Shown: in pieces, positions 61,782 to 64,000 of the stretch
Position numbering within the stretch: the stretch's first letter is position 1
How the letters are laid out: every line of letters begins with the position of its first letter
Source: Octopus vulgaris
Taxonomy: Eukaryota
Reading direction: 5' to 3'
Assembly (NCBI GenBank): GCA_951406725.2
Contig: OX597827.1
Coordinates: 54,932,001 to 54,996,000, forward strand
Length of the DNA: 64,000 bases
The notes under the pieces: model-generated
What the model saw: the letters and a program-made list of their open reading frames with translations, nothing else
What the model was told of the DNA's origin: nothing
Database searches by the model: none
Translations under genes and position numbers: made by a program

Positions 61782-62187
61782 GTAGGAGTGGCTGTGGAAA
61801 GTAGCTTGCTTACGAACCATATGGTTCCGGGTTCAGTCCCACTGTGTGGCACCTTGGGCAAGTGTTTTCTACTATAGCCTCGGGCCGACCAAAGCCTTGT
61901 GAGTGGATTTGGTAGACGGAAACTGAAAGAAGCCCATCGTATATATATGTGTGTGTGTGTGTAAATGTTTTTATGTGTCTGTGTTTGTCCCCTCCCCCAA
62001 CATCGCTTGACAACCGATGCTGGTGTGTTTACGTCCCCATAACTTAGCAGTTCAGCAAAGGAGCCCGATAGAATAAGTACTAGGCTTACAAAGAATAAGT
62101 CCTGGGGTCAATTTGCTCGACTAAAGGTTGTGCTCCAGCATGGCCGCAGTCAAATGACTGAAACAAGTAAAAGAGTAAAAGAGAGTA
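61782..62187 (+). mobile_element. SINE A, young
   Basis: Near-consensus copy. Confidence 0.9.
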
Positions 62188-62471
62188 CTTGCAAATCCTT
62201 TATAAATGTATGTTCTATAAACCAAAACTGCCTTAGTAAGCAAATGTGAAGACTTAAATCAGAATAAAAGTGGACAGCTTGTATATAATTTATATGTTGG
62301 CTGAGGAAGGCACCGTATTATCATCATATCTGCCTTGACATGTAAATGTCTTAAATTTCAGCAATTGAGATTCTCCAACGTATCTTTAATTTCTGGCTAA
62401 ACAAAATCACTTATGATTTTGGGGAAAGAACAAGCATCACAACAACCTCTTGTCTATAAAAACTGAGACTC

Positions 62472-62520
<49 letters not shown>

Positions 62521-63389
62521 ATCCTTATTTAGAAGCACACAATATCCTTTGATCCTTTACAGCGACAGATCACAAGTTTTTTTTTTCATCATATGATATC
62601 TCTAATCTATTTTCATTATCTCATTGTTCCGAGCTAGCTTTGATGATTCTAGTTTTGATATTAAGTATCAGTTTAATCAATATTAAGTATCAGTTTAATC
62701 AAGCACACGTTATTATCATCATCATTGTTGTTGTTATTATTATTATGTCAGTGAGTTGACAGAATCATTAGTGCACTGGACTAAATGCTTAGCGGTGTTT
62801 TACCCATCGCTACGTTCTGAGTCCAAATTCCACCAAGGTCGACTTTGCCTTTCATCCTCTCAAGGTCGATGAAATAAGTAAGGGTTGAGTACTGGAGCCA
62901 ATGTAATCGACTTACCCCTTCCCCAAAATTGCTGGCCTTGTGCCAAATTTTAATACCATTATTATTATTATTTTTCTATGTTTGACTTTTGCTTTATGTT
63001 TGTACAAGTTGGTTCCAAGCCTCACCCAGAGACCTCAAGAGACAACAGGTTGGAAGTTCACGTTGTTGTTATGCCTAGTGTGCCATATATTTGGGGGGGG
63101 GGGTCCCTTTTATTATTATTGTTATTATTATTATTATTATTAATCAACTCCCAATAATTAGTATAATAATAGGTCAACTATATTGTGGATGAGTTAATCA
63201 ACTTACTCCTTCCACACATTGTATAGTCTTGTATCTTTATTGTCAATTTATTCAACCAACAAAATCATTAGCCTTGTTCCTGAGTTAAAAATAATTATGA
63301 TTATGATGGAAAGGAAGAGCATCATCAGTGTTCTTGTTGATTAGCCCCAGATAAAAGATATTTATCTATCTAATGTATGGATCTATCTA

Positions 63390-63427
<38 letters not shown>

Positions 63428-63428
<1 letters not shown>

Positions 63429-63823
63429 CTCTTTTACTTGTTTCAGTCATTTGACTGCGGCCATGCTGGAGCACCACCTTTAATCGAGCAACTCGACCCC
63501 GGGACTTATTCTTTGTAAGCCCAGTACTTATTCTATCAGTCTCTTTTGCCGAACCGCTAAGTGACGGGGACATAAAGACACCAGCATCGGTTGTCAAGCA
63601 ATGCTAGGGGGACAAACACAAACATACATGCACACACACATATACATATATATACATATATACGACGGGCTTCTTTCAGTTTCCCTCTACCAAATCCACT
63701 CACAAGGCTTTGGTCGGCCCGAGGCTATAGTAGAAGACACTTGCCCAAGGTGCCACGCAGTGGGACTGAACCCAGTACCATATGGTTGGTAAACAAGCTA
63801 CTTACCACACAGCCACTCCTGCG

Positions 63824-63826
<3 letters not shown>
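63428..63826 (-). mobile_element. SINE A, young, inserted in (TA)n
   Basis: Near-consensus with CpGs intact and (TA)n on both sides. Confidence 0.9.
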
Positions 63827-63875
<49 letters not shown>

Positions 63876-64000
63876 TCATAATAAAATGACAATAAAAGAA
63901 TGAGACTTCAATATAATAAAAATAGAGGAATTTATATATATATATATATATATCAGTGGGCTAAAGTGAAGGCATTTGAAAGAAAAGATACACCTAAATA

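Overview
This is AT-rich animal genomic DNA, very probably octopus. The species call is inferred from the tRNA-derived SINEs, the RTE-type tails ending in (GAT)n and the heavy microsatellite load. There are no prokaryotic features and no CRISPR. The only host gene I can support is neuralized (Notch-ligand E3 ligase) on the + strand. It has a candidate ATG exon at 35760-36003 that splices in phase to a 495-nt exon at 42293-42787 encoding NHR1. No NHR2 or RING exon is visible in the remaining 21 kb. The rest is intronic or upstream DNA full of SINEs, MITEs, LINE ends, transposase remnants, two Helitrons and two decayed tRNA-Asn copies. The most notable hidden signal is a set of minimal hammerhead-ribozyme motifs on Penelope-like fragments, mostly at 23-34 kb just upstream of the ATG exon; one has an intact catalytic core and one sits in the loop of a fold-back that starts next to its cleavage site. 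There are also several long local fold-backs, including a ~110-bp stem whose three mismatches are all A-C. Repeat boundaries were read by eye and are approximate, and nearly all ORF-track entries are spurious.
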